Made by a program: the position numbers and the translations under genes. Under the pieces are notes generated by a model. That model was not told the origin of the DNA, searched no databases, and saw only the letters and a program-made list of their open reading frames with translations. This document shows, one piece after another, positions 33,093 through 42,868 of a stretch of DNA of 64,000 bases. The DNA is from a virus (Duplodnaviria; Caudoviricetes): positions 1 to 64,000 of the IMG/VR virus record IMGVR_UViG_3300029705_000100. One strand, given 5' to 3'. Within the stretch, counting starts at the first letter, position 1, and each line of letters opens with the position of its first letter.

Positions 33093-33965
33093 TTATGCAG
33101 TTGTAGGCATATTGTCGGCAGACTGTTCGATATTCAGAATGAGTTTCACGGCCTTTTCGGCTTTGCCTGCCGCAGATACGATCATCTTGTTGTCGTCCCG
33201 CAGGGCATGAAGCCAGCTCTGAATGTATGCGGCGGAGTTCTTGAAGCTGCCATTGGTTTCGATACCCAGTTCGTTCATCAGGATGGCTGCGCCCATCTCA
33301 GCAACCAGTTCTTCCTTGGAGTAATTCTCGCTGCCGAACCACGCCGGAGAGGACAGGCGATCCAGACGGCTCTTGTGTCCCGTGGAGTGAGTCGCCTCAT
33401 GAAATGCGGTGGAGTAGTATTCCGCAATCTGCGGGAACTGCTCCCGTAGTGGCAGATGGATTTCGTCAGTGGAGGGGCGGTAGAATGCTTCGTTCTGCTT
33501 CTCATGAATGATGCGGCAGCCAGAACGCTGGCTGTAATCCGCGAGGATCGTTTCTGCCTCTGCAATGGGATCAGCAGGCTTCAGGTCTTCGGAAGTGAAC
33601 CGCGGCTTCAGATTCTCGCACTGATCGATATGAAAGACATTGTAGTATTTCAGGAGCGGAATCGTCTTCTTGACGGGCTTGCCCTCCTTGTCCTTCTCCA
33701 CAACGTCCAGCGGCTTCCAGAATACGACGATCTGTGCCTTTTCGCCCTTACGGATAACTCCGCCTACTTCGGTCGCCTGCTTGAAGGTCACATACTCGCC
33801 GGGTTTGGAAAGCAGCATCTGATTGAGGAAGGAATAGGGTCTGCCGGTGACGCGGCTGTAAGCTCCAGTTCGCACGCCCGTCCACGGACGTACCCACGGA
33901 ATGATGCCCTTCTCCAGTTCGGCAATGATGCGGTCGGTGACGATCTGATAGACGTTGATAGCCAT
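33093..33965 (-). CDS. ardC: ArdC-like antirestriction ssDNA-binding protein
   Basis: VYQIVTDRII...PWVRPW...YSFLNQ, FHEATHSTGH, YSKEELVAEMGA, YIQSWL. Confidence 0.88.
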   Translation of the reverse strand: MAINVYQIVTDRIIAELEKGIIPWVRPWTGVRTGAYSRVTGRPYSFLNQMLLSKPGEYVTFKQATEVGGVIRKGEKAQIVVFWKPLDVVEKDKEGKPVKKTIPLLKYYNVFHIDQCENLKPRFTSEDLKPADPIAEAETILADYSQRSGCRIIHEKQNEAFYRPSTDEIHLPLREQFPQIAEYYSTAFHEATHSTGHKSRLDRLSSPAWFGSENYSKEELVAEMGAAILMNELGIETNGSFKNSAAYIQSWLHALRDDNKMIVSAAGKAEKAVKLILNIEQSADNMPTTA

Positions 33966-34034
33966 GTCATGCACTCCTTTCGTAGTCGAAAAAAGCTGCC
34001 GGCTGTTCAGCAGCTTGAGAGAACGCTTGTGTAT

Positions 34035-34259
34035 TTATGTTTCGTTGATCATCAGCAGGATGATCTGCTGTCCATCCATATCCTCGAACTCGACATTGAG
34101 AGAGGTTACAGGGAGTTTACCAACAGAGGCGACAGCTTTGGGATTCTCACGATAAAATCGCGGATCGGGGATGAAAAACACACTGCTCGGACTCGTTTTA
34201 ATATTGATCTGAATGGTAGAATCAGCGGGGAAAAGAGAGAGCAGTTCGCCTACAGTCAT
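34035..34259 (-). CDS. Small early hypothetical protein
   Basis: Operonic ORF with AGGAGG RBS. Confidence 0.6.
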   Translation of the reverse strand: MTVGELLSLFPADSTIQINIKTSPSSVFFIPDPRFYRENPKAVASVGKLPVTSLNVEFEDMDGQQIILLMINET

Positions 34260-34471
34260 GATCTAACCTCCTCGTTATGAATGTCAGTGAGCGAATCGTA
34301 TTCCGCATTACACTTGGTGCAGGTGTATTGCCCGTAAGGCCGATCAGAATCGTAGATGGCTGCGGCAATGTCCTCCAGATTACTATGAAATTCGCCGCCT
34401 TCATCGACGATCACTTCAAGGTAGACACGCTGATGGGCATAGAACCTGTTGTTTCCACATTTGCAGCGCAT
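34256..34471 (-). CDS. Small zinc-ribbon early protein
   Basis: CKCG...CTKC, ATGA overlap. Confidence 0.6.
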   Translation of the reverse strand: MRCKCGNNRFYAHQRVYLEVIVDEGGEFHSNLEDIAAAIYDSDRPYGQYTCTKCNAEYDSLTDIHNEEVRS

Positions 34472-34743
34472 GAAGTTTCCTCCTCATCTTCGGGCGGCGG
34501 CAGATAGACGTCATTGAGTGTGACACCGCGATTCATTGCTTCTTCCCAAAAGGATTCATGATTTTCGCAGATGTAATCGAAGATCCCTTCGGGCGTCAGG
34601 CCGGCTTCGATCATCGCATCTACGGAATCGAAGCAGTTGTTGTAATCGCCGCCGTAATCATCGTAGATACGGTAGCCGATGGTGGGTTCATCGGACGGTT
34701 GCCGTCCTGATCGAGGTTCTGGAACCTTGTAAATTGGACGCAT
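34411..34743 (-). CDS. Acidic early hypothetical protein
   Basis: Operonic ORF. Confidence 0.5.
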   Translation of the reverse strand: MRPIYKVPEPRSGRQPSDEPTIGYRIYDDYGGDYNNCFDSVDAMIEAGLTPEGIFDYICENHESFWEEAMNRGVTLNDVYLPPPEDEEETSCAANVETTGSMPISVSTLK

Positions 34744-34768
34744 ACCATGTTGCTCATTTCATCACTCC

Positions 34769-35590
34769 TTAGACATGGAAGGCATGGTCGGGCTGGATGA
34801 TGCGGTAGGATACAGAACGGTGTGCGTTCATCACATCTTCCACCAGTTTTTCAAAGCCATATTCGTTCATGGATTCCAGATAGGAGGAGATGCTGTCCTC
34901 GATTTCCTCTAGTTCATTTGGATCGAGTTTCCCGTGAACGAGGACATACACCGACTGGTTATCCGGCTCGTCTTCGACAGGATCAAAGTGGAATTCAATC
35001 AGCGACGAATCCAGCAGGCGATCCATGGCGGCGGCAAGAGCGGCAGACATGGGATTGCTGCGACCGGCATGTTCATAGTTCTTGATGGTATAGTAGTCTC
35101 CGGTGCCCCAGATCAGCGTGCCACACTCGATTTCCGGTCGATGGCAGACCACATAATTGGTCGGTTGATCGGACTCTCCGTACTGCAGAATGAGGATAGC
35201 ATCCTCGTGTGCGGCAAGACAGAACATCCGGCAACCGTCACGCGTAAAGGTCCGCCCAACGTAATGCTGATAGGGCGACTGATTGCGGACAGCAGGGATG
35301 ACGCTTACTTGTTTGCCGGTGCTGTGGGAAAGCAGGCGATCGCGCCAGAACCCGGCCATATGAGCGTCTCCCTTCTTCAGGGCAATGGACATCATGGCAT
35401 TGTTGATGGTGTAATCGCAGTTCTGTTCGGCGTATCCCGGCGCACAGGTTTTCTGAAGTTCTCCGCGGGTTTCATAACCCTGATAGCGGAACCAGATCTG
35501 AACATGGCTGCTGTTGGAGCGGTCTTTGGTCTGAGTGATCTCAAGACCATCAGGCAGACGCGTTTTTAGAATATCAAGCATGGTTTTCAT
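34769..35590 (-). CDS. Early hypothetical protein
   Basis: 273 aa, GGAGG RBS. Confidence 0.7.
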   Translation of the reverse strand: MKTMLDILKTRLPDGLEITQTKDRSNSSHVQIWFRYQGYETRGELQKTCAPGYAEQNCDYTINNAMMSIALKKGDAHMAGFWRDRLLSHSTGKQVSVIPAVRNQSPYQHYVGRTFTRDGCRMFCLAAHEDAILILQYGESDQPTNYVVCHRPEIECGTLIWGTGDYYTIKNYEHAGRSNPMSAALAAAMDRLLDSSLIEFHFDPVEDEPDNQSVYVLVHGKLDPNELEEIEDSISSYLESMNEYGFEKLVEDVMNAHRSVSYRIIQPDHAFHV

Positions 35591-35609
35591 AGGTAGCCTC
35601 CTTTGTTAC

Positions 35610-36047
35610 TCAGCCGCCGTTTTCGACGGACTGATAGTCGATTTCAACCGGGTCATCCGACAGGATGGCCACATACTTCGTAAGAATCTCGTCAATCCTC
35701 TCTTCAGTCAATGCTCCCTCTGCTTCGGGAAGATTCCACGGATACGAGGGCTGATAGATCAGGAACTGATCGCCCTCAAAGTTGGTACAGGCAGAGAAGA
35801 CGACGCCTTCCGCTTCTTCAATCACCTCCGCGAGGATGGCGGCGAGTCCGCAGATGCAGACGTCATCGTAGGCCAGATAGTCCTCATAGGTCGGTTCGGT
35901 AATATCGTGCTTGGCAAGCCAATCCTCGATCACAGTTTTGAAATGCGGCGCATGTTCCAGCAGAGCATTCAGCTGGTCAACCGACGCATCAGGGATGGCG
36001 GAGGCGTTGATGCCGTAGCCGTAGTTGTGCCATGTTTTGTAACCCAT
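35610..36047 (-). CDS. Early hypothetical protein
   Basis: 145 aa, GGAAGGA RBS. Confidence 0.7.
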   Translation of the reverse strand: MGYKTWHNYGYGINASAIPDASVDQLNALLEHAPHFKTVIEDWLAKHDITEPTYEDYLAYDDVCICGLAAILAEVIEEAEGVVFSACTNFEGDQFLIYQPSYPWNLPEAEGALTEERIDEILTKYVAILSDDPVEIDYQSVENGG

Positions 36048-36074
36048 GTATGATTCCTTCCATTACATAGTAAT

Positions 36075-36653
36075 TCACTCAATCTCAATAACACCGGCGA
36101 TGGGCACATATTCCCATGTGGAGTGGAGCGCCTGTGAAGCACGGGTCAGAATATCATCCATCCACGACAGACGGTCTTCGTCTTCCTTGATGGGCATTTC
36201 CTTCTGTGCCGTAAGGATCGCATGCAGCACCTCTTCCTGCGCCATACCGGGCGGACAGTCAAAGCACGCCGTATCGACGATGGAGGACTCCTGCTCACGA
36301 TAGTATATCTGCACATAAACCGGATTGCTTTCGTACAAGCGCTTGACTCCGCCGTGACCGATCTCAAAGAGTTCGTCGCAGCTGATATCATCCAAGGAAA
36401 GCAGATGGAGAGGCGGCTCAGGTTCGGTAGCGGCGATGGAGGAATGGAAACAGCGCTGCATGGCATCACAGGACTGCTTGAAATCATCATAGCTCTGCAC
36501 ACCGCAGAACAGGTTTTTCATTTCGACCCATGTGAGGTCGCAGGTATCGGCGGAACCAATATGCTGGAATTCGTCATGGTCGCCGTTGATTTCGGGCGTG
36601 ATCCAGAACCCGATTCCTCCGCTTGGCCTGAAAATGATGCGTCGTCTGGTCAT
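36075..36653 (-). CDS. Early hypothetical protein
   Basis: 192 aa, GGAGG RBS. Confidence 0.7.
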   Translation of the reverse strand: MTRRRIIFRPSGGIGFWITPEINGDHDEFQHIGSADTCDLTWVEMKNLFCGVQSYDDFKQSCDAMQRCFHSSIAATEPEPPLHLLSLDDISCDELFEIGHGGVKRLYESNPVYVQIYYREQESSIVDTACFDCPPGMAQEEVLHAILTAQKEMPIKEDEDRLSWMDDILTRASQALHSTWEYVPIAGVIEIE

Positions 36654-37135
36654 CAGGCAGTGCCTCCTTCCGGTCTCAGAAAATCGAAGATGGTATAGTT
36701 TTCGCCGAGCTTCTCGCAGATGCGATAATGGGAGCCAAATTCCGCATTCCAGTCCTCGCGGACGGCGTTGTCCAAGAGCTTCTGCATTTCGCTTTCCGGG
36801 AGTTCGGAGCGTGCCTCGATGGAGAATCGCAGTTCGTCCCCGCCGTAGCTGTAATCGTGCGGAGAATAGATGGAAACGCTGTCAAGTATCAGAACGCCGC
36901 CACAAAAAGCGAACGCCCGTTCTGCTTTCTCGCTGAGCAGAGGAATGGCGATTTCCTGAATCTTTTTGCGGTATGCGTCGATATCGAAGCGATCCCAGAT
37001 CGCTTTTTCTTCTTCATCGGTATAGTTTTCTGCATCGACATTCAGGGAAAAGTCAGGCTCCAGAAGCGTATTGTACATATTGACGTCAACTCCGCCCCGC
37101 AGAGAGTAGCGACGCGTAGGGATACTCTTGCTCAT
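36653..37135 (-). CDS. Early hypothetical protein
   Basis: Start at MSKSIP, GAGGTG RBS. Confidence 0.6.
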   Translation of the reverse strand: MSKSIPTRRYSLRGGVDVNMYNTLLEPDFSLNVDAENYTDEEEKAIWDRFDIDAYRKKIQEIAIPLLSEKAERAFAFCGGVLILDSVSIYSPHDYSYGGDELRFSIEARSELPESEMQKLLDNAVREDWNAEFGSHYRICEKLGENYTIFDFLRPEGGTA

Positions 37136-37145
37136 ACCGGTCACC

Positions 37146-37424
37146 TCACACCAGTTCGGTTCCGCCATTGGCGAGACTGTTGAAGTATTCATCCAGCTCT
37201 ACAGGAGCGATAGTGCGATCGTCCGTGGGCTCGTCATCCTGGCAGTCGGCATACAGCCGCAGCTTCAGCGCAGGTGCGTTTCCGTGCCGGTCAACCTCCA
37301 CCCATGCCAGGAGAATCGAGCGATCACCGCGATCGAGGCAGATGTCGATGCCCGGATATTCTGGATCATTGCGGACATGAGCGCTCAGCGTGCCGAGGGG
37401 AGTCCTGATTTTCGTTCTTCCCAT
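37146..37424 (-). CDS. Early hypothetical protein
   Basis: Start at MGRTK, CAGGAGG RBS. Confidence 0.6.
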   Translation of the reverse strand: MGRTKIRTPLGTLSAHVRNDPEYPGIDICLDRGDRSILLAWVEVDRHGNAPALKLRLYADCQDDEPTDDRTIAPVELDEYFNSLANGGTELV

Positions 37425-37437
37425 AGTAAGCCTCCTG

Positions 37438-37650
37438 TCAGTCGTTGTAATGGTCGATGAAGCTGATGCATTCATCCAGATCGTCCGAATCCCATTCGGC
37501 TGCGTCCATGGCGTCGGGCGATTCGCCCGGCAGATAGACTTCATACCGGGGGATGATGCAGCCCAGCTTGTCCAATGTGCGGCGCAGCTCCTGATCGCTG
37601 TGTTCATAGATGCCAAAGCCCCGATGGGTTTTGATTTTCTTCATCGGCAA
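37438..37650 (-). CDS. Early hypothetical protein
   Basis: 70 aa, GAGGAGG RBS. Confidence 0.6.
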   Translation of the reverse strand: MPMKKIKTHRGFGIYEHSDQELRRTLDKLGCIIPRYEVYLPGESPDAMDAAEWDSDDLDECISFIDHYND

Positions 37651-37656
37651 TCCTCC

Positions 37657-38190
37657 TCAGGCTACCCAGCCGAAGGCTTTCCGCAGATGCGGTGCGCGCC
37701 GGTTATAGGGTTTGGCCAGCGTCTCGCAGATGGTCTGCCAGTCGAGATTGTCGCCGTGATTCTCATACCATGCCCTGCCGCGCTCAGAGAGACGATAGAC
37801 GTCGAAATGATTCCGGCCATCGTGATGGACACAGGTGGCGTGTACGCTGCCGCGCTCTGTCTCTTCGATGGTCACATAGTCCATATTACTGATGATCTCA
37901 GACACAGCCTGTCGGAGCGTATCAAAAACCTTTCCTCCGGGGAAGCGGCCGCGCCATGTTCCGATATCGGCGATGACCAGCCAAGGTCCATCGGAAACGC
38001 GTTCCACATCATGCCAAAATTCGGAGCCGTTGATCTCCATGACGTCATAGATCCAGCGCCAGATCATATCCTCGGTGATCTCGCCCTCTTCGTAATCTTC
38101 AAGCAGCGCTTCACGGGCAGACTCCTCGGCAGCGTCGTAGCTGCCGAAGGAGACGTCGATTTCATTGGTGTGGATAATATGTGTTCTCAC
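37657..38190 (-). CDS. Early hypothetical protein
   Basis: 177 aa, GGAGG RBS. Confidence 0.7.
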   Translation of the reverse strand: MRTHIIHTNEIDVSFGSYDAAEESAREALLEDYEEGEITEDMIWRWIYDVMEINGSEFWHDVERVSDGPWLVIADIGTWRGRFPGGKVFDTLRQAVSEIISNMDYVTIEETERGSVHATCVHHDGRNHFDVYRLSERGRAWYENHGDNLDWQTICETLAKPYNRRAPHLRKAFGWVA

Positions 38191-38819
38191 TTGGATTCCT
38201 CCTTGGGAGTGAACTTGTGTACAAGCGGCTTCTGTTCAATGGAAATCTTGTAGTGATTCCCAAGGTAGTCGCCGTCCAGCCAGCATTCATAGCTGTTTTC
38301 GCTGGTGACGAGCTGGAAATCAGTCTTGTCCTTCCATCGGGGAATACACCCTTCCGTAGCTTCGGTACTGAGCTTGGAGTGGAGCACTGCGACTGCGTCT
38401 TCCCGACTGACGAACAGGGACTCATCGTGTCCGGTTTCATCATCAACTGCCCAGTCTTCGATGACTGCCCATACATGCGTTGCCGGATTTGCCGCATTCG
38501 GGTCAATAGACGGCTCCAGCATCTCGGGAGCCATGATGACCATATCCAGCGAGAGTTCATCCAGCTTCTTGGGCTGTCCGTAGAGGGAGGAAAAGCGAGC
38601 TTCCAGCTCACGGACCTCGCAGGGCAGCACCGGAACATCAAACTGACAGTAAATGTCGGGGGTATCGTTTTCGGTCTCGCGGTTATCATCGGTGCGGATT
38701 TCTGTGACTACGCCGTACAGACCGGCAAAATCGCTGGTATTGTTTGCATGGACGTACATACCGACAAAGTAGAAGATGCCATCGACGGTAATGCCGGAGC
38801 TGGTTCTTGTGTATATCAT
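38187..38819 (-). CDS. Early hypothetical protein
   Basis: 210 aa, GGAGG RBS. Confidence 0.7.
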   Translation of the reverse strand: MIYTRTSSGITVDGIFYFVGMYVHANNTSDFAGLYGVVTEIRTDDNRETENDTPDIYCQFDVPVLPCEVRELEARFSSLYGQPKKLDELSLDMVIMAPEMLEPSIDPNAANPATHVWAVIEDWAVDDETGHDESLFVSREDAVAVLHSKLSTEATEGCIPRWKDKTDFQLVTSENSYECWLDGDYLGNHYKISIEQKPLVHKFTPKEESK

Positions 38820-38822
38820 AGG

Positions 38823-39203
38823 TCAGACCTCCTTCTGCAATTCAGGGGCGTCATAGAAGATTCGCTGCGGAGTGTCATAGACAATGTGCCCATCCAATAC
38901 TTCACAGTCATCTCTGCGGAAATGAATCTGCTGATACCAGTCCTCGTCCTCATTGTGGCAAAAGAGCTGGAACATACAGTCGGGGCTTGCTTTGGCATAG
39001 TCTCCAATGATGTCGATAATATTGGAGTAGCCGTTGTTGTAGGTGGTCAGGAACTGAGCAACACACTCGCCATCAGGGGCGTCGCCATGCCATTCGGTGA
39101 CTTCATCATCGAGCGCATTGCGAAGATCGTAAGCCTTTTCTTCAGAGATGGGAGCTCCGGTGGCATTCTTTCCATGCAGCGACCACTGGATATATGTGCT
39201 CAT
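38823..39203 (-). CDS. Early hypothetical protein
   Basis: 126 aa, ATGA overlap. Confidence 0.65.
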   Translation of the reverse strand: MSTYIQWSLHGKNATGAPISEEKAYDLRNALDDEVTEWHGDAPDGECVAQFLTTYNNGYSNIIDIIGDYAKASPDCMFQLFCHNEDEDWYQQIHFRRDDCEVLDGHIVYDTPQRIFYDAPELQKEV

Positions 39204-39622
39204 GTATTTCCCTCCAGTTCACCATCTGTATTGCTGAGCTGTCTGCAGATGGCGGCAGCCTCCAGCAGCATGGAGCACAGCCCGTTTGCATAGTAGCGGA
39301 AGTCCTCCTCAAAGACGGTACAGGCGTCTTCAGTAAGCAGGCAGGCTTCGTCCGGCTTCAGGATTTCTCCTTCTTCCCGTTCCATCTCGTCATAGGGGAT
39401 CCAGAGAATGCCCTCACGAACGGGCGTGATAAAACCACCTGCGGAGTTACCTTCGCTGATGGGATAGCGCCAGATCAGCTCGTTCTGATAGGTCTCCATC
39501 TGCTCCTCACGCAGATCGGCCAGAGCGCGGTCGGTTCCTCCGTCAGCGCGAATGCGTGCAAGGAGATCGTCTTTACACGGCAGTGTAGCGGGGTCCAGAT
39601 TCATGTTCATGTATTTCCACAT
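39200..39622 (-). CDS. Early hypothetical protein
   Basis: 140 aa, AAAGGA RBS. Confidence 0.65.
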   Translation of the reverse strand: MWKYMNMNLDPATLPCKDDLLARIRADGGTDRALADLREEQMETYQNELIWRYPISEGNSAGGFITPVREGILWIPYDEMEREEGEILKPDEACLLTEDACTVFEEDFRYYANGLCSMLLEAAAICRQLSNTDGELEGNT

Positions 39623-39642
39623 AGGAGTTCCTTTCTGCCGTG

Positions 39643-39987
39643 TCAGGCGGCGACGTTCTCTTTTGTAGGAATTGGCAGCGGATTATCTTCATAGCAGCAG
39701 TACCAGTTCCACAGATTTTCCTCGGTATCAAAGTCGGGCAGATGATCGAAGAAATGAATATCATCATAGCCGGGAATGGTCAGCCTCATTTCTTCGTCCA
39801 GATAACTCAGATAGCTGTCGAAGAAATCGCAGACAACATGCGGATCAATACCAAAGGTGTTTATGTGGTCGGCTATGAACAGCGAATTGAGGATGATTTC
39901 CTTTCGCAGACTCCAGAGCATCTCACTTGTCATAGTGAACCATCTCCTGATTGGCGTAGCAGTGGATATAGCAATCGTAGTTGCCAC
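39643..39987 (-). CDS. Early hypothetical protein
   Basis: Start probably at MTSEML. Confidence 0.55.
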   Translation of the reverse strand: MATTIAISTATPIRRWFTMTSEMLWSLRKEIILNSLFIADHINTFGIDPHVVCDFFDSYLSYLDEEMRLTIPGYDDIHFFDHLPDFDTEENLWNWYCCYEDNPLPIPTKENVAA

Positions 39988-40348
39988 GGGAAGGTGCGCA
40001 GCGGATATAGTAGACGTACTTTTCGGTCTGCATCCTGTAGCCGACCACCTTCAGATAGCTGTCCTCCAGCAGCAGGCCGGGGTGTTCGCGCAGATACTGG
40101 CGCATTCCTTCACGGGAGCTGAGCAGATCGGTGCGCAGACACTCCATCAGCACATGCAGTTCTGCTCTGAACTCGGGCGTGTTGAGCTCTCCGGAATCAC
40201 CGGGAAACCATGAATGCCAGAACTCCTCACCGCTGCTGCCAAAATCGGCGCGGATATGACCGATGCGCGGCAGCGTCGTGCTCTCGCCGGAATAGAAAAA
40301 CGCCTTTTCATCGGGCAGTGCAGCCTTCAAAGGGAAATCAAACAGCAT
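39923..40348 (-). CDS. Early hypothetical protein
   Basis: 141 aa, GAGGA RBS. Confidence 0.65.
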   Translation of the reverse strand: MLFDFPLKAALPDEKAFFYSGESTTLPRIGHIRADFGSSGEEFWHSWFPGDSGELNTPEFRAELHVLMECLRTDLLSSREGMRQYLREHPGLLLEDSYLKVVGYRMQTEKYVYYIRCAPSRGNYDCYIHCYANQEMVHYDK

Positions 40349-40349
40349 A

Positions 40350-40727
40350 TCAGTTCCTCCTGTATACGTTCTTCATGTCGGACTGAGCGGCGCGTTCCTC
40401 AGCTTCATCCAGTTCACGCTCCATTTCGCGATCACCGTAGTCAGCGATCATGATCTTGGTGTAGGGATTCGTGGACAAAACAGCGTCCACATGACCGTCG
40501 CGTATGACGATGATGATCTCAGATGCGGCACGTTTGTCCAGTTGCATTTTCAGATACCGTCCAGCCATTATCCGGGGTTCAACATGCGGCGCAAGTTGAT
40601 TGGAGCGAAGGCGTTGAATGGTTGTATTGTACAAGGTGCGAAAGCGATCATCCTTCCATTGATCAGGATCGCGCTTGTACATCAGCGTATCGCGGATGCA
40701 TTCGCGTGAAAGATCAGGCAATGGCAT
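40350..40727 (-). CDS. Early hypothetical protein
   Basis: 125 aa, GGAGGA RBS; in frame with the upstream TAG-ending gene. Confidence 0.65.
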   Translation of the reverse strand: MPLPDLSRECIRDTLMYKRDPDQWKDDRFRTLYNTTIQRLRSNQLAPHVEPRIMAGRYLKMQLDKRAASEIIIVIRDGHVDAVLSTNPYTKIMIADYGDREMERELDEAEERAAQSDMKNVYRRN

Positions 40728-40745
40728 GACAGTTCCTCCCTCCGC

Positions 40746-41270
40746 CTAAAGTGTTGTAGTTGAAAGAATTTGATATGGTGACCACCTACCACAAATGCCG
40801 CAAAGCGTAGTGCCTTTTCCATCATGCTCGATACGCGCTTGCGTTGCAAGAAAGGGCGTGCCACAGCATTCCGTACAGGCAGTTACAACAGATATTCCGT
40901 GCAGTGCATCGGGACGATACTTTTGGCTGAAGGGAATGAAATCGACCCATAACGGATTGTCGAAGATTCGCATGGAATGCAGCACAATAACCTCCTGTTC
41001 AAATTCAGCCTTGCCCTGATGGATAAAGGTGTGTTCCCTGATCCACGCTGCCAGCTGATGATGAAGCGAGTCCTCTTCACTGCGATAAATGAGCTCTTTC
41101 ATCAGCCTTTGCCATTCGGAACGCTCTATGTCGCCAAGAGCACACATCACACCGTGGCGGTATCCGTAGACTTTGTTTCGACCTTCTCCGGATAGAAGAA
41201 CCGAACGCCCGGTTCCGTAATGACATCTGAGGTCTTCAAAAGTTGGAAGATTGTCATTCCTCGGGTTCAT
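40746..41270 (-). CDS. Early hypothetical protein with C-terminal Cys pairs; ends in TAG
   Basis: Start at MNPRN; CTECC and CGIC. Confidence 0.65.
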   Translation of the reverse strand: MNPRNDNLPTFEDLRCHYGTGRSVLLSGEGRNKVYGYRHGVMCALGDIERSEWQRLMKELIYRSEEDSLHHQLAAWIREHTFIHQGKAEFEQEVIVLHSMRIFDNPLWVDFIPFSQKYRPDALHGISVVTACTECCGTPFLATQARIEHDGKGTTLCGICGRWSPYQILSTTTL

Positions 41271-41808
41271 AGTCGTCCTCCATATCATCCGATTCACTGT
41301 CGATGAACAGGATTTCGACGCGAACGATATAGCCAAAAGCATCGCGCTGGAAATAGCAGTCGTAGCAGCCGTCACCGTAACCGGAGCTGCTGACAGCGCC
41401 ATAAGGAAGAACGCCTACCTGCTGTCTGGAGAGGGTGATCTGACAGCAATGGTCATACCAAAGATCGGCATGCTCAGTGGGAGTGCAATCAGGGTCAATG
41501 ATCCGGTCATCCCTGTAATGGCCGGCATCAAAGAAACCTGCCTGTCCGCTGTCAACGCCGACAGAAAAAGGCGCGTCCTCCATGAGCTCCGGAAGGGAAT
41601 CCGCGCTTTCATGCTCTGCGATCAGCCGGGTGACATGAGGATAGCTGGAATCACCGTCATAGACTGCAGAGGCATGCCATGTACCGTTGCGCACGGTTTC
41701 CAGCGAGTTGCAGCACCAGACGTCCTCTGCATAGCAGGGATCGGTGACAATCAGCCTTCCCGATACGACTTCAAAGGACCCGAGGTCAAATTTATCATCA
41801 CTCGTCAT
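41254..41808 (-). CDS. DUF4241-like protein
   Basis: SGRLIVTDPCY, GVDSGQAGFFD, SSGYGDGCY. Confidence 0.65.
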   Translation of the reverse strand: MTSDDKFDLGSFEVVSGRLIVTDPCYAEDVWCCNSLETVRNGTWHASAVYDGDSSYPHVTRLIAEHESADSLPELMEDAPFSVGVDSGQAGFFDAGHYRDDRIIDPDCTPTEHADLWYDHCCQITLSRQQVGVLPYGAVSSSGYGDGCYDCYFQRDAFGYIVRVEILFIDSESDDMEDDYEPEE

Positions 41809-42002
41809 GTGAGGTTCCTCCTGTGATTGGTTCGCATTACACGCCGTTCCCCGCTTGCGCAGACTATACGAGTTTACGATATCGACGGAAGCTGAGCGGC
41901 AGCTTGGAGGCTGCCTCAGCCTCTCAAGCAAGGCTGAGCTGATGGAGATTGCATGTCGGGGCATGGCGTGCTTATGTCCTGCGCCAGACTTTTTTGTATT
42001 GG

Positions 42003-42650
42003 TCAGGTATGGAAATCAAAGCTCATATATGGCCTGCCTTTCCGCTCTCCGCGGTGAAGAATCAGTCCGCCGTTATGTTCGCGGTTGCCGGACATGGAGT
42101 GAATCAGGTAGAAGCAATCCGGGAAATCGTTGTATGCGTAGATCGTTTCACCATAGCGGCTTCTGATACGGTTGCGCAGCGCCTTGGACAGCGCACGGCG
42201 CTTATGGCGATCCATGCAGATACTGCGGACAGTACGGCTTGCGTTACTGAAGTCGAACTGCACCCGGCCTTCGTACTTAGACTGATGGGTGAAGATCGCG
42301 CCGCCCTTTGCATCCAGCATCAGCCTCTTCAGTTCATCCAGAGGTACATCAGCGTTCTGAGCGAAGCCCTGAAGCTGTCCTCCGTTGCCCTCGCACATCC
42401 AATAGAAGTGCAGCGAGACGATGCCCTCGTATACGGTGGCTCGGAGAAGATAGCTGCCATCCATTTCAAGGTGCTGACTATTCTCGCTGTCCAGCCATTC
42501 GATGAAGCGATGTCGATTCAGGTAGAAGTAGTGCTTGCCGTTGCTGTGGCGGGTGATGACGCGCAGAATGGTGCAGCAGCTGTCATGCGTTACCACGATA
42601 CGGGCAGAGTTTTCGTAAAGCGGGCGATTACGCCATGTGGGTCTACTCAT
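42003..42650 (-). CDS. Hypothetical protein downstream of detached array unit
   Basis: 215 aa, CAGGAGG RBS. Confidence 0.7.
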   Translation of the reverse strand: MSRPTWRNRPLYENSARIVVTHDSCCTILRVITRHSNGKHYFYLNRHRFIEWLDSENSQHLEMDGSYLLRATVYEGIVSLHFYWMCEGNGGQLQGFAQNADVPLDELKRLMLDAKGGAIFTHQSKYEGRVQFDFSNASRTVRSICMDRHKRRALSKALRNRIRSRYGETIYAYNDFPDCFYLIHSMSGNREHNGGLILHRGERKGRPYMSFDFHT

Positions 42651-42689
42651 AACCGAAACCTCCTGAAAATGATGTTGCAGCGTGTCCGT

Positions 42690-42803
42690 CCGGCACGGAC
42701 TTCATGAGTTTACGATGGCTCCCAGTAGGATACCATCCGCGTTGCGGGCGGCGAGCGCGTTTCGCGATCTCCGCCCGCAGGCTGGAGGGGATCCATTGGG
42801 AAA
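42690..42803 (-). repeat. Detached tenth unit of the RT-associated array
   Basis: + strand CCGGCACGGACTTCATGAGTTTACGATG followed by a GC-rich hairpin. Confidence 0.8.
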
Positions 42804-42868
42804 CTGATTGACGGACCTGCCGCACTTGGGATGTGCCGCCCATGACCTGCCTATCTCAAGTCATTCGG

